A stretch of DNA of 64,000 nucleotides from Squalus acanthias (GCA_030390025.1 CM059431.1:158288001-158352000); one strand, 5' to 3'; positions 1 through 14,275 are shown, counted from the first letter of the stretch. Made by a program: numbers and translations. Notes: generated by a model from the sequence alone, not told the origin.

Positions 1-1498
1 ATAGTAGATGCATTGCAATACATCTTCCAACATTCGATGGAATCTGGATCTGTATCCATGGATTGGAGGCTAGCTAATGTTATCCTACTATTCAAAAAGG
101 GTGGTAGAGAGAAAGCGGGGAATTACAAACATCGGTAGTGGGGAAAATGCTAGAGTCCATTATAAAGGATGTAATAGCTGAGCACTTGAAAAACAGTGAC
201 AGGATCGGACAAAGTCAACATGGATTTACAAAAGGTAAATCGTGCTTGACTGATCTACTGGAAATCTTTGAGAATGTAACTGGGAAAATAGATAAGGGAG
301 AACCAGTAGATGTGATGTATTTGGACTTTCAAAAGGCTTTCGATAAGGTCCCGCATGAGAGATTAGCGTGTAAAGTTAAGGCACATGGGATTGGGGGCAA
401 GGTATTGACTTGGATAGAGAACTGGTTGGCGGACAGAAAACAAAGAGTAGGAATTAATGGGTCTTTTTCTGAGCGACAAGCAGTGACTAGTGGGGTACCG
501 CAGGGATCGGTCCTTGGACCCCAGCTATTCACAATATGCATTAATGATCTAGATAAGGGAACAAAATGTAATAACTCCAAATTTGCCGATGACACAAAGC
601 TGGGTGGGAGTGTGTGCTCTGAGGAGGATACCGAGAAACTCCAGGATGATTTGGACAGGTTGGGTGAGTGGGCAGAAGCGTGGCAGATGCAATATAACGT
701 GGATAAATGCGAGGTTATCCACGTTGGTGTCAAAAACAGAAAGGCAGACTATTATCTGAATGGCAATAGATTGGGAGAAGGGGAAGTGCAACGAGACCTG
801 GCTGTCCTTGTGCACCAGTCGCTGAAGGTAAGCATGCAGGTGCAGCAGGCGGTGAAGAAGGCAAATGATATGTTGGCCTTCATAGCGAAAGGGTTTGAGT
901 TTAGGAACAGTGATGTCCTGCTGCAGTTGTACAGGGCCTTGGTGAGACCACACCTTGAATATTGTGTGCCGTTTTGGTCACCTTATCTGAGGAAGTATGT
1001 TCTTGCGATGGAGGGAGGTCAGCGAAGATTCACAAGGCTGATACCTGGGATGGCAGGAATGACATATGAGGAGAGATTGGGTCGATTGGGCTTATACTCG
1101 CTTTAGTATAGAAGAATGAGAGCGGATCTCATCGAAACATATACAATTCTGACAGGTCTGGACAAACTAGATGCAGGAAGAATGTTCCCGATGGCCGGAG
1201 AGTCCAGAACCAGGGGTCATAATCTAATGATAAGGGGTAAGCCATTTCGGACAGAAATGAGGAAGAATATCTTCACCCAGAGTGTGGTGAACCTGTGGAA
1301 TTCTCTACCACAGAAGATAGTTGAGGCCAAGTCATTAAATATATTAAAGAATGTGTTAGATATATTCCTTAGAGCTAAAGGTGTCAAGGGATATGGGGAG
1401 AAGGCAGGTACAGGGTACTGAGTTTGGATGATCAGCCATGATCTCATTGAATGGCCGAAAGGCCTACTCCTGCTCCTATCTTCTATGTTTCTATGTTT
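1..1498 (+). mobile_element. CR1-clade LINE, 3' part of ORF2 (RT) plus 3' UTR, with stop/frameshift lesions
   Basis: ORFs 138-1106 and 1116-1421 carry QHGFTKGKSCLT, YLDFQKAFDKV, SGVPQGSVLGP, KFADD and VRPHLEYC motifs. Ends in cctactcctgctcctat plus (tctatgtt)n tail. Confidence 0.95.
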
Positions 1499-1640
1499 CC
1501 CTTTAGATGGTCACTCCCTTTGATCTTTCTACTCAGCCTCTGTCCTGTTCCATCTTCCTGTGTGAAGTGCAGTTGCTTGCACGAGATCTGGACCCTCTGT
1601 CAGGACAGAAATTATATTTAAGAGTATTTTCTGAACTTAC

Positions 1641-1704
1641 CTGTGTCCACTCTTATTCTTTTGGAAGATGCTGGATCTTCTCCCCTGTTTGGACCTTCAG
1701 CCAT
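1641..1704 (-). CDS. First coding exon (ATG exon) copy 1 of CARD/NLR-like gene family: MAEGPNRGEDPASSKRIRVDT + phase-1 donor
   Basis: ATG at 1704 (aacATGG), 64 nt open, donor ACAG|gtaagt, upstream acceptor tttattacag (exon starts ~1736). Resembles N-termini of chondrichthyan NLR-like proteins as I recall them. Two paralogous copies in window. Confidence 0.7.
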
Positions 1705-1959
1705 GTTGGGAACAGGCATTCCCAAATTCTGATTCTCTGTAATAAATATAATATTAACAGGAGTGTTCGTTGGAAATATTAAAATGAGAAGGAGAACGCT
1801 GCCTTGTTAAACATGATATCAAGTCCCTCCTCCCCCATCAGTACAACAGCTGTTAGCTCCGGGATCGAGCATTTCCCGAGTGTTACGACCAACACTTCAC
1901 ATCAGTTGTGACACAGAGAGCTGCCAAGTGAAAACCAGTGAGGCCCGCTGATCTTGCGT

Positions 1960-4900
1960 GTGCACTTCTATTTCCACTTTTTTCTCCCCTTTTCCTTTTC
2001 TCTCCATCACTCCCTGATTGCTCTCTTCTCTCATTATGGCTCCTTTCATCTATCCTCTCTCGGTACACTGCCCTTCCAATCCCTACACCTACCCTTCATT
2101 ACTCATCGACATTCCTACTCTCCTGCTGACTTCCCAGGCTTGAATCCCTCTTAGATAAGTCTACAGCTTCCCTATGTGCCTCTCTTGGCATCCTCCGAAA
2201 GGCCCACCGTGGCAGTCGTTGCGGCCTCCTCACGAGCAGCAACCACAACTGTATCAGCCTACTCTTTCGCCGACCTTCCCGCAAAGTCCGTACGTAGGGT
2301 TCTAATCTTGTCAAGCTCCTGTCCGTCCAACTCACCCCTCCCAGCGCTCACCCTGTGGACACTGGCAGTGGGTTAGATTTCACTGAACCTCTCCACATCT
2401 CTCTCCAGAATGTTCATTCTCTTGCGAACCAGATCCAAACATCCATGAGATAATCATGAATGATTTCATCGACATCATGGCTCTGACGGAATCTTGGCTG
2501 AGGGTTGATTACACCTTACCCTTAAATGAAGCCTCCCCAACGGGCCATACCTTCCAGCACTTGCCCAGCCCAGACAGCCATGGCGACAGTGCGGTTCTCA
2601 TCATCAAATCATACCTTTTGCTGTCCCATACTCGTCCGCCACGTTCTCCTCCTTTGAGCATCCCACCTTATTTCACAATTCTCATCTCATTTAAAATGCT
2701 CGTTCTCTATCGCCCACCAAAGTACCATTATAATTTTATCACCGAGATAGCTTCACTGCACTCCTCCCTCAGCATCTGCAACACGCGAATTCTCATCCTC
2801 GGTGATATCAACCTCCATCTCAATTCATCATGCTCTCTCTCCACTGAGTTCACTGCCCAGCGAACTCCCTTAATCTCTCCCTCCATGTAAACGTCCCAAC
2901 CGATATTCACGGTCACCCCCTCGACCTAGCCATCTCTCGTGGCCTCGATACTCTCCTCGTGTCAATGGCATATAAGGCCATCTCTGACCATTTCCTTCTA
3001 TCACTCTCCACCCACATCCCCCTTCTCCCCCATCCCTACTTCGTTCTTTTTCCTCCCCTGGAAATTAAACTCTCTCCCAATTCTCTTACAACAGCACTTA
3101 CGAAATCCCAACTCTCCAGCCTTTCGCCCTCCATTCGCCACAACATTTCTGCAGCTAGCGATCTGCTCAACCACACCCTCACCACCACCATCGATGCTAT
3201 AGTCCCAATTAAATAAATTACACTGTCTCACCCTAGCTGTTCTAATGGGTACGGGTCTCATCTTCGCTCGCTTAAGTGCAAGAGACGCAGACTTGAACAG
3301 ATTAAGCAGACAACTGGTTTAGCGTTTCTCTGCCAGATCTGGCTGGACCACCTAAAGCATTACCGGGACTTCCTCTCGTCTGTCAAAAGTGCTCACTGTT
3401 CCAGAATCATTATAGGAATGCAAAGCTAAACCCCGGCTTCTATTCTGCACTGCAAACCAGCTTCTTCAACCCTTGTCCCCTGTCTCCTACAGCCTCACCT
3501 CCAATAACAAGAGTGAGAAGCTCATGAACTTCTTTGGCCCTAAGATTGAGACCATGCGATCAGCGGCCTCTGCCACTTCTCTTCCTTCCCCTAACTCACG
3601 GGCCAAACTTCAACTAAGTCTCCGCCCTGCCCTAGCCCTGATCTCGCAACTTTCTCCATTTTCTCTCCGATCTCCGCTCCTGATCTCTCCGCGCACAACT
3701 TGTCCATAAGTCTCACTTCCTGCTACCTCGACCCTATTCCCACCAAACTGCTAACCAGCCAACTTTCTTTTCTAGCTACTTTGTCAGCTGGCATTGTTAA
3801 CGGTACTCTCTCCACAAGTACTGTTCCTCCCTCCTTCAAATTTGCCGTTATCACCCCTCTCCTTAAATAAAACAACTCTTGACTCCGACGACCTTGCAAA
3901 CTTTCGCCCCATTTACAAACTCCCTTTCTGCTAAAAAGTCCTTGAACATGTTGTCGCCTCCCAAATCCATTCTCATGTTTCCTGCAACTCCATGTTTGAA
4001 TCCCTCCAATCAGGTATCTGCCCCTGCCACAGTACCGAAACGGCTGTCATCAAAGTCACAAATGACATCCTTTGTGACTGTGACAAAGACAAACTATCCC
4101 TCTTCGTGCTTCTCGACTTCTCAGCAGCTTTTGACACAATTAACCGCTCCACACTCCTCCAATGCCTTTCCAAAGACGTCCAGCTGGGTGGGACTGCACG
4201 CGCCTGGTTCCATTCTTATCTATCATAGGCAGAGAATAATCTGCAATGGCTTCTCTTCCCGCTCCAGCATCGTTAGCTCTGGTGTTCCCCAGGAATCTAT
4301 CCTTTGCCCCCAGCTATTTCGCATCTACATGTTGCTCATTGACAATATCATAGGAAACACCGCGTCAGGTTCCACATGGACGCTGACGTCACCCGTTTCT
4401 ACCTCACCACCACTTCTCTCGAACCCTCAACTGTCTCTAAATTGTCAGTCTGCTTGTCTGACATCCAGTTCTGGATGAGCAGAAAAGTTCTCCTGTTAAA
4501 TATTGGGAAGACATTGTTTTCGTGCTCCGCCTCCGAATTCATCCCTCTCCCTAACATCTGTCTGAGGCAGAACTACACTGTTCGCAAAATAGGAGTCATA
4601 TTTTACCCTGAAATGAGCTTCCCACCACATAGCCATGGCATATCTTAGACCGCCTATTTCCACCTCCGTAACACCGCCCGACGCCACCCCTGCATCAGCA
4701 CATCTGCCTATGAAATCCTCATCCATGCCTTTGTTAACTGTAGACTTGACTATTCCAACACACTCCTGGCTGGCCACCCACGTAAATTATGGTCATCCAA
4801 AACTCGAGAGCCAGTGTCCTAAATCGCACCCAGTCACATTCACCCATCACCCCTGTGCTCGCTGACCTACATAGGATCCCGGTTAAGCAACGCATCGATT

Positions 4901-5230
4901 TCAAAATTCTCACCCTTGTTTTGAATTCCCTCCATGGCCTCTCATCTCCCTACCTCTAATCTCTTCCAGCCTCATGCCTGCCCTTCCCGAGATAAATGTG
5001 CTCCTATCATTTCCACTCTTGAGCATCCCGGATTAAATCGCTCAACCCTTGGTGGCCGGGCCTTCAGTTGTCAAGGCTCTAAGCTCTGCAATTTCCTACC
5101 TAAACTTCTACACCTCGCTACCTCTCTTTCCTCCTTTAAGTCGCTCCTTAAAACCTATCTCTTTGAGCAAGCTTTTAGTCATCTGCCCTAATTTTCCTTT
5201 GTGGCACGGTGTCAAATGTTTGTCTTATAA
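1960..5230 (+). mobile_element. Degenerate L2-clade LINE (APE endonuclease + RT)
   Basis: Fragments MALTESWL, LYRPPK, ILGDINLH, HSTETAVIKVTNDIL, LLDFSAAFDTI, SGVPQESIL, FKSLLKTYLF. Many stops and frameshifts. Confidence 0.9.
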
Positions 5231-5460
5231 CAACATCTTTTATTTCTACAGCGCCTTTAAAGTAGTAAAACATCCCAAGGCACTGCAATGGAGTATTGTA
5301 AGACAAAAAATTTGACACTGAGCCACATAAAGATAAATTAGGGTGGGTGACCAAATGCTTCGTCAGAGAGGTAGGTTTTAAGGTGCATCTTAATAGAGGG
5401 AAGTGTGGTAGCGCGGCGGAACGGTTTAGGGACGTATTTCATTGGCTTTGGCTAGAGGCA
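5229..5460 (-). mobile_element. Inverted L2-type 3' end / L2-tail SINE fragment
   Basis: Reverse complement of the L2 tail seen at 28430-28538. Similar fragments at ~15510-15890, ~19220-19590 and ~30210-30430. Confidence 0.7.
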
Positions 5461-5480
5461 ACAGTGAGCGATTAGAAATA

Positions 5481-5550
5481 GGTTTATAGTCCAACAGTTT
5501 TATTTGAAATCACGAGCTTTCGGAGCGCTGCTCCTTCGTCAGGTAGAGTG
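5481..5550 (-). mobile_element. Penelope-like element terminal-repeat relic with hammerhead-ribozyme-like core
   Basis: Minus strand reads cactctac-CTGACGA-a-GGAGC-agc-GCTCC-GAAA-gctc-gtgatttc-AATAAA-actgttggactataa. Confidence 0.6.
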
Positions 5551-5769
5551 AAGGAATACCAATCAGCAAAGCATATATAGAGAGAGAACAATGTGTAGCG
5601 TACAGTGTCAGACGACTACAGTAAATCTTACTGACTGCCCTCCATCTCACCTCGGCAGAGATACAATCAAGGATGGCATTACATCAAAGACACAGCAAAA
5701 TACCGCTAAGACAATGAGCTGAGGTAACAAGGGGTCTAACGTGCCAACAAAAAACCTGTGCCCCACCTC

Positions 5770-6530
5770 ATTTTCTTAGAGTTAGAGACTATTCTGCAGG
5801 GATACATGGAGCGGGTGATCATTGATGAATTAAATGATCCTTCACGAGGTTTAACAAAGTCTGGCGGTATAATATTATACTTGCTCACAGATTTTTGTTT
5901 AATATTTTGGATTTGTTGTGTTTTGATATTAAATTCTGGTAGTTTATGACTGTGATATCTATCCACACACAAGATATAGCTGGGAGTGATCCCTCAGTTC
6001 TCTATGGTAAGTGACATTGTCCGTGTTTCCATGGAGCTGTGATCTGGTTGGTGATTCTATTTTAATATCTTGACCATATCTCTCCTGGTTGCAGCACTGA
6101 CTGATGAGCACTGTAGGAGGTGAGGAAATTTTCCACTGTTCCACTAATATACACACTAATGCATAATGTCAAGTCACTTTAAACAGTGAGATGATGCACA
6201 GCATTGATTAGTGGAATATATTTTGGGCTGACAATCTCAGAATTGTCCATAAATATGCAAGTGGTAGATTTGCCTGCAGTTTTACAAACACAATTCTCCA
6301 CTTGTGCGCGTGTCTCGCTGTGTGTGTGTCCACACACGTGCGTCCAATCAAACACTTAGTCGCATCCTTTCCTTTCCCAACTGGAAATGTAAAAGCGATT
6401 CAGTCTCGGATCAGTAACTTCTCCAAATTAAGGTCCAAGATCTTTGATAAAATTAATTTAGAACTGAGTTTGAGACCTTGTAAAATTCAGTTATCTGCTG
6501 TTTCATCTTCTTCTTTTTACCTAGAATAAC
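5770..6530 (-). pseudogene. Paralogous copy of terminal exon + 3' flank of the TM gene (orphaned)
   Basis: Co-linear with 28640-29390. Acceptor gttattctag at 6521-6522, ends ACAGCAGATAACTGA (stop 6487-6489) but has an early in-frame TAA. Upstream side replaced by RTE sequence. Confidence 0.6.
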
Positions 6531-8570
6531 GGGTGGGGCAGACAGTGGTTGAAGGGGCGGGTGGGTGGGGTGCTTGTGTTGACGTGCGCTCCTTGCGCTG
6601 TTTGTGCTTGGCTTCCACTCGCTCCCGGCGAAGTGACTCGAGGTGTTCGGCGCATTCCCGGATGCTTCTCCTCCACTTTGTGCGGTCTTGGGCCAGGGAT
6701 TCCCAGGTGTCGGTGTGGATGTTGCACTTTTTCAAGGAGGCATTGAGGGTGACCTTGAAGCGTTTCCTCTGCCCACCTGGGGCTCTCTTGCCGTGTCCGA
6801 GCTCCGAGTACAACGCTTCTTTTGGGAGTCTCGTATCAAGCATACGGACGATGAGACCCATCCATCGGAGCTGATCGAGCGTGGTCTAAGCTTCGATGCT
6901 GGGGATGCTGGCCTGAGCGAGAGCACTGACGTTGGTGCACCTATCCTGCCAATGGATTTGCAGGATCTTGTAAGGTAGCGTTGGTGGTACCGCTCCAGTG
7001 CTTTGAGGTGCCTGCTGTACATGGTACATGTCTCTGAGGCATACAGGAGGGCGGGTATTACTACTGCTCTGTAGACCATGAGCTTGGTGACGCAGTTTGA
7101 GGTTCTGGTCTTCAAACACTCTCTTCCTCCTGCCCTGGCACACTGAAGGCTGCGTTGGAATTCGTCATCAACGTCTCCCCTTGTTGACAGTAGGCTCCCG
7201 AGGTATGGAAAGTGTTTCACGGTGTCCAAGGCGTTGTCGTGGATTGTGATAATCGGGGGGCAGTACTGTGTGGCGGGGGCAGGTTGGTAGAGGACCTTTT
7301 TCTTACAGATGTTTAGTATAAGGCCCATGCTCTCTTACGCTTCGGTGAAGGAGATAACAATGGTTTGGAGTTCGACCTCCGCTTGTGCGCAGATGCAAGC
7401 GTCGTCTGCACACTGTAATTCGATGACAGAGGATGGGATGACCTTGGATCTGGAATTGAGACGACGGAGTTTGAAAAGTTTCCCATTTCTTCTGTAAATT
7501 AACTCCACTCCAGCAGTGCTTACTGATGGTGAAATGGAGCATTGCAGCAAGGAACACCGAGAGCGCGTTGGTGCGATTACACAGCCTTGCTTGACCCAGT
7601 TCCGTACGTGAATTAGGTCTGTGGTGGAAACGTTGGTCAGGATCACGGCTTGCATGTAGTCCTGAAGCAGGCGGAGGATGGTGACAAACTTTGGAGTGCA
7701 GCCGAATTTGAGGAGGACACTGCCTAATCCCTCACGTTTGACAGTGTCAAATGCCTTTGTTCGTTCGAAGAAGGCCATGTACAGCGGTTGGTTCTGTTCC
7801 CTGCATTTCACTTGTAATTGGAGAGCTGTGAAAATCATGTCCATTGCACCACTTACTGGTCGGAATCTGCATTGCGACTCTGGGAGGAGATCTTCAGCCA
7901 CTGGGCGAAGGCGATTGAGGAGGATTTTTGCGATGACTTTCCCTGTGGCTGATTGCAGCGAAACTCATCTGTAATTAGCGAAATCGGACTTTTCACCTTT
8001 CTTGAAAATGGTCACAATTACGGCGTCTCTGAGATCCCCTGGCATGCTCTCCTCCTTCCAGATAAGCTAAGTGAGTTCATGAATTCGCACCAGCAGTGCT
8101 TCTCCGCCATGCTTTCGTGCCTCGGCAAGGATTCCATCTGCTCCTGAGGCCTTGTTGTTCTTCAGTTGTTGGTTGGCCTTTTCAACCTCATGCCGGGCTG
8201 GGGTTGTGCTGAGATGGTGGTGGGTAGCATGTTGAGAGATGGAGTTGAGGACACTAGCGTTGAAGACAGAGTCTCGGTAAGGAGTTGTTCGAAGTGCTCC
8301 TTCCAGCGGTCACTGACTGCCTCCTTGTCCTTGATGAGTACCTCCCCGTTCTTGGCCAGCAGTGGGTTAGGACCTTGGGTGATTGGGCCGTAGGTGGTCT
8401 TGACTGCGCTAAAGAATCCACCCACGCCGTGTTTGTCGGCGACCTGCTGGATCTCCTGCGCTTTCTCCACCAACCTTCTGTTCTTTAGATCGCGAATTTT
8501 TTGTTGGACCTAAGCCTTAAGGCATCTGTAGAGCTGCTTTCTTGCTCTCCAGTTCTGTTGCTGGGTAAAA
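6531..8570 (-). mobile_element. RTE-clade (BovB-like) LINE fragment, RT region
   Basis: ORFs with LLPESQCRFRP, DMIFTALQLQVKCREQNQPLYMAF, VKQGCVIAP, ELQCADD, HFPYLGS, YRAVVIPALLYASET, GGQRKRFK. Confidence 0.93.
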
Positions 8571-9399
8571 GTGCAAACAAGCGAGGGCAGTCCCACTGAA
8601 CTAGACAACGGGGGAGAGGTGTTGGATGATGTTGTGCTCGACCGTGTAAAGGCTGCAGAGGTCAAGAAGAATGAGGAGGGATAGTTTACCACGGTCACAG
8701 ACATAGAACGTTTCATTTGTGACTTTCATTATTGTCACCTTAGTGCTGTGGCAGTAGCGGAAAGAGATTCAATCATGTCCTTGTGTGAAAGATGGGCAGA
8801 GATTCGAGAGCCGACAAAACATTGTTGGGAAAGTGAGGCTAGAGATGGAGATAAACATGTCTAACTCTTCACCCACGTGTTAAACTGGGCACATCCCTGT
8901 GTTCAAACTCTATCCTCTGAAATACACAAGTCTCATTTGTGGTTTAATGGTAGAGAGATTGTTAAACTCATTACACTTTCACAGATCATTCCACCTGCTC
9001 TCACTGGGCGACTGGAATCTCCAAGTTCCACCGGAGGGGTTTGCGAGCTGCAGGTTACAGAATTAGAGCAAAGCTTTCGATATCCTTGTTTTACAAAACT
9101 GCTTCAGAAAATGCAGTGCCGTCACTTCACTTTTGTTAATACACAGAATTACACAGAATGTGAAGCTCAGAAAGAGTCAATTCCATTCAACTGGTCCATG
9201 CCTGTGTTTATACATCACATGAAAATCCTACCATTCCTCTTCATCTAACCCTATCACAAACTCTTCTAATTCCTTTCTTCCTCTTGTTTATCTCGCATAC
9301 CCTTAAATGCATATCTTCATTGCAGTGAGGCTCTGTAACCTGGAGCTTGCCCTATCATTGACCCAATACAGAACACGTGCTGTTGTTCATATGTCCAAC

Positions 9400-12300
9400 T
9401 GACCCAACCCCGTCCCCCCAACGACTCAGCCCGCCCCCCAACCGAAACAGCACTACCCCCACTGAACCAGCCCCAACAATCCCACTGATCCATCCCCGCC
9501 AAGCACCGACCCAGCACTGCCCCCCCCCCAACGACCCAGCCCAACTTCCACTGACCCAGTTCCAACAGCCACATTGATCAAGCCCCGCCTCCCACTAACC
9601 CAGCCCCGAAACCCAAAATGAACCAGCCCAGACACACTCACGGACCCAGACCCGACACCATCACTGACCGAGCCCCAACACCCATCACTGACCCAGCCCC
9701 GACACAATTAACTGACCCAGACCTGACACCTTCACTGACCCAACCCCGACACCCTCACTGACCCAGCCGCGACACCCTCATTACCCAGCCTCTACACCCT
9801 CAATGATCCAGCCCCGACACCCTCATGACCCAGCCCCGACACCCTCACTGACCCAGCCCCGACACGCTCACTGACCCAGCTCCGACACGCTCACTGATCC
9901 AGCCCCGACACCCTCACTGACCCAGCCCCGACACCCTCACTGTACCAGCACCGACACCCTCACTGACCCAGTCCCGACACCCTCACTGACCCAGCTCCGA
10001 CACCCTCACTGACCCAGCACCGACACCCTCACTGACCCTGCCCCGACACCCTCACTGACCCAGCTCCGACACCCTCACTGACCCAGCCCCGACACCCTCA
10101 CTGACCCAGCTCCGACACCCTCACTGACCCAGCCCCGACACCCTCACTGACCCAGCTCCGACACCCTCATTACCCAGCCTCGACACCCTTACTGATCCAG
10201 CTCCGACACCCTCACTGACCGAAACCCGACACCCTCACTGACCCAGCCCCGACACCCTCATTACCCAGCCTCTACACCCTCAATGATCCAGCCCCGACAC
10301 CCTCATGACCCAGCCCCGACACCCTCACTGACCCATCCCCGACACGCTCACTGACCCAGCTCCGACACGCTCACTGATCCAGCCCCGACACCCTCACTGA
10401 CCCAGCCCCGGCACCCTCACTGTACCAGCTCCGACACCCCCACTGACCCAGTCCCGACACCCTCACTGACCCAGCTCCGACACCCTCACTGACCCAGCTC
10501 CGACACCCTCACTGACCCTGCCCCGACACCCTCACAGACCCAGCTCCGACACCCTCACTGACCCAGCTCCGACACGCTCACTGATCCAGCCCCGACACCC
10601 TCACTGACCCAGCCCCGGCACCCTCACTGTACCAGCTCCGACACCCCCACTGACCCAGTCCCGACACCCTCACTGACCCAGCTCCGACACCCTCACTGAC
10701 CCAGCTCCGACACCCTCACTGACCCTGCCCCGACACCCTCACTGACCCAGCTCCGACACCCTCACTGACCCAGCCCCGACACCCTCACTGACCCAGCTCC
10801 GACACCCTCACTGACCCAGCCCCGACACCCTCACTGACCCAGCTCCGACACCCTCATTACCCAGCCTCGACACCCTTACTGACCCAGCTCCGACACCCTC
10901 ACTGACCGAAACCCGACACCCTCACTGACTCAGCCCCGACACCCTCACTGATCTTGCCCTGACACCCTCTCTGAACAAGCCCCAACACACTCACAGATCC
11001 AGCCACGACACCCTCATTTACTCTGCCCCGGCACCCTCACTGACCAGGCCACCATCACCCTCACTGAAGCAGCCACTATACATTCACTGACCTAGCATCG
11101 ACATCCTCACTGAGAAAGCTCTGACATCCTCACTGAGCCAGCTCTGACAGCCTCACTGATTTACCCCGACAGCCGCACTGACCGAGTCCCAACACCGTCC
11201 CTGACCCAGCCACGACACCCACACTGACCAAGCCCCGACACGCTCACAGACCCAGCCCCGATAGCCTCACTGACATAGCCCCGAAACTCTCACTGACCCA
11301 TCCCCGACACCTTAACTGACTCAGCACTGACACCCTCACTTACCCCGCCCCGACACCCTCACTGACCAGCCCCGACACCTTCACTGAACCAGCTCCGACA
11401 CCCTCACTGACCCAGTCCCGACACCCTCACTGACCCAGCTCCGACACCCTCACTGACCCAGCCCCGACACCCTCAATGACCCAGCTCCCACACCCTCACT
11501 GACCCAGCCCCGACACCCTCACTGACCCAGCTCCGACACCCTCACTGACCCAGCCCCGACACCCACACTGACCCAGCTCCGCCACCCTCACTGACCCAGC
11601 TCTGGCACCCTCACTGACCCAGCCCCGACACCCTCACTGAACAAGCTCCGACACCCTCACTGACCAAGCCCCGACACCCTCACTGACCCAGCTCCGACAC
11701 CCTCACTGACCCAGCCCCGACACCCACACTGACCCAGCTACGACACCCTCACTGACCCTGCCCCGACACCCTCACTAACCCAGCTCCGACACCATCACTG
11801 ACCCAGCCTCGACAACCTCACTGACCCAGCTCCGACACCCTCACTGACCCAGCCTCGACACCCTCACTGACCCAGCTCCGACACCCTCATTACCCAGCCT
11901 CGACACCCTTACTGACCCAGCTCCGACACCCTCACTGACCGAAACCCGACACCCTCACTGACCCAGCCCCGACACCCTCACTGATCTTGCCCTGACACCC
12001 TCTCTGAACAAGCCCCAACACACTCACAGATCCAGCCACGACAACCTCACTTGCTCTGCCCCGGCACCCTCACTGACCAGGCCCCCATCACCCTCACTGA
12101 AGCAGCCAATACACCTTCACTGACCCAGCATCGACATCCTCACTGAGAAAGCTCTGACATCCTCACTGAGCCAGCTCTGACAGCCTCACTGATTTACCCC
12201 GACAGCCCCACTGACCGAGTCCCAACACCCTCCCTGACCTAGCCACGACACCCACACTGACCCAGCCCCGACACCCTCACCGACCCAGCCCCGATAGCCT

Positions 12301-14275
12301 CACTGACACAGCCCCGAAACTCTCACTGACCCATCCCCGACACCTTAATTGACTCAGCACTGACACCCTCACTTACCCAGCCCCGACACCCTCACTGACC
12401 CAGCCCCGACACCCTCACTGAACCAGCCTCCGACACCCTCACTGACCCAGCTCCGACACCCTCACTGACCCAGCTCCGACACCTCACTGACCCAACCCCG
12501 ACACCCTCACTGACCCAGCACCGACACCCTCATGACCCAGCCTCTACACCCTCAATGATCCAGCCCCGACACCCACATGACACAGCCCTGACACCCTCAC
12601 TGACCCAGTCCCGACACCCTCACTGACCCAGCTCCGACACGCTCACTGATCCAGCCCCGACACCTTCACTGACCCAGCCCCGACACCCTCACTGAACCAC
12701 CTCCGACACCCTCACTGACCCAGCTCCGACACCCTCACTGACCCAGCCCCGACACCCTCACTGACCCAGCTCCGACACCCTCACTGACCCAGCCCCGACA
12801 CCCACACTGACACCAGCTCCGACACCCTCACTGACCCAGCCCCGACACCCTCACTGACCCAGCTCCGACACCCTCACTGACCCAGCCCCGACACCCTCAC
12901 TGACCCAGCTCCGACACACTCATTACCCAGCCTCGACACCCTTACTGACCCAGCTCCGACACCCTCACTGACCGAAACCCGACACCCTCACTGACGCAGC
13001 CCCGCCACCCTCACTGATCCTGCCCTGACACCCTCTCTGAACAAGCCCCAACACACTCACAGATCCAGCCACGACACCCTCACTTGCTCTGCCCCAACAA
13101 CATCACAGCCCCAGCCGCGAAACCCCCACTGACTCAACCCCAACAGCCTCACTGAACCAGCCCCGACATCTCCAAAGACCCAACACCGTAACCATCACAG
13201 CCCCAGCCCCGAAACCCCCACTGACCCAAGCACGACATCCTCACTGACCCAGCCGCGAAACCCTCACTGATTCAGCCGAACACCTCCACTAAGCCAGTCC
13301 CGACACCCTCACAGACCAAGGCCCGACAGCCTCACTGTCCCAGGCCCGACACCCTCACAGACCCAGAAGCGACACCCTCTCTGACCCAGCCCCGAAACCC
13401 TCACTGAGCCAGCCCCGACACCGTCATTGACCCAGCCCCATCACCCTCACTGACCCAGACAAATCACCCTCTTTGACGAAGACCCGCACCGCCCTCCAAT
13501 GAAACAGCCTCGACCCGACACCACCACTGACCAAGCCCACGACAGATACCCAACTGATCCAGCCTCGACACGCTCACTGACTTAGTATCGAATCCCTCAC
13601 TGACCTTGGCAAGCCCCGACATCCCACTGACCCAGCCCAACACCGGCTCTCTCACTGACCCAGCCGCGACACCTCCCTGACCCAGCGCCGAATCTCTCAC
13701 TGACGTAGTATCGAATCCCTCACTGAGCCAGCCCAACACCGATACCCCACTCACCGAGCACAAAACCGACACCCTCACTGACTCAACCCAACACCGTCAC
13801 CCTCACTGACCCAGCCCCGACACCCCACTGACCCAGCCCAACACCGACACCGCACTGACCCAGCCCAACACCGACACCCCACTGCCCCAGCCCAACACCG
13901 AAACCCCACTGACCCAGCCCAACACTGACAACCCCCTGACTCAGTCCTACAAAGGAACCCCACTGAACCAGCCCAACACTGACACCCCCCCTGACTCAGC
14001 CTTTCACCGACACCCCGCTGACCAAGCCATACACCGATACCCTCATTGACCCAACAGCGACATCCCACTGACCCAGCCGAACACCGTCACCCGAATGACG
14101 AAGTCCTTCACCGACACCCCACTGACACAGCCCAACACCGAACACGCACTGACCGAGCCCTAAACCGACACCCCACTGACACAGCCATACATCAACATCC
14201 CACTGAACCGTCCGAAAGAGACACGCCACTGACACAGCCCTACAACGACACCCCACTGAACAAGCCCAACACCGA
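9400..14275. repeat. C-rich 23-bp minisatellite (cccagcYccgacaccctcactga)n with degenerate edges and higher-order repeats
   Basis: Directly visible tandem array. Further pieces at ~15137-15270 and ~18455-18975. Confidence 0.97.

Noticed and set aside
1500..1596. Exon immediately after the ATG exon (acceptor ctgacag)
   Set aside because: The intron would be only ~44 nt and the phase-1 frame hits TAG within 23 codons.
9400..14275. CRISPR-like array or Pro/Thr-rich coding repeat
   Set aside because: No unique spacers, the unit length of 23 is not a multiple of 3, frequent TGA stops, and the context is eukaryotic.
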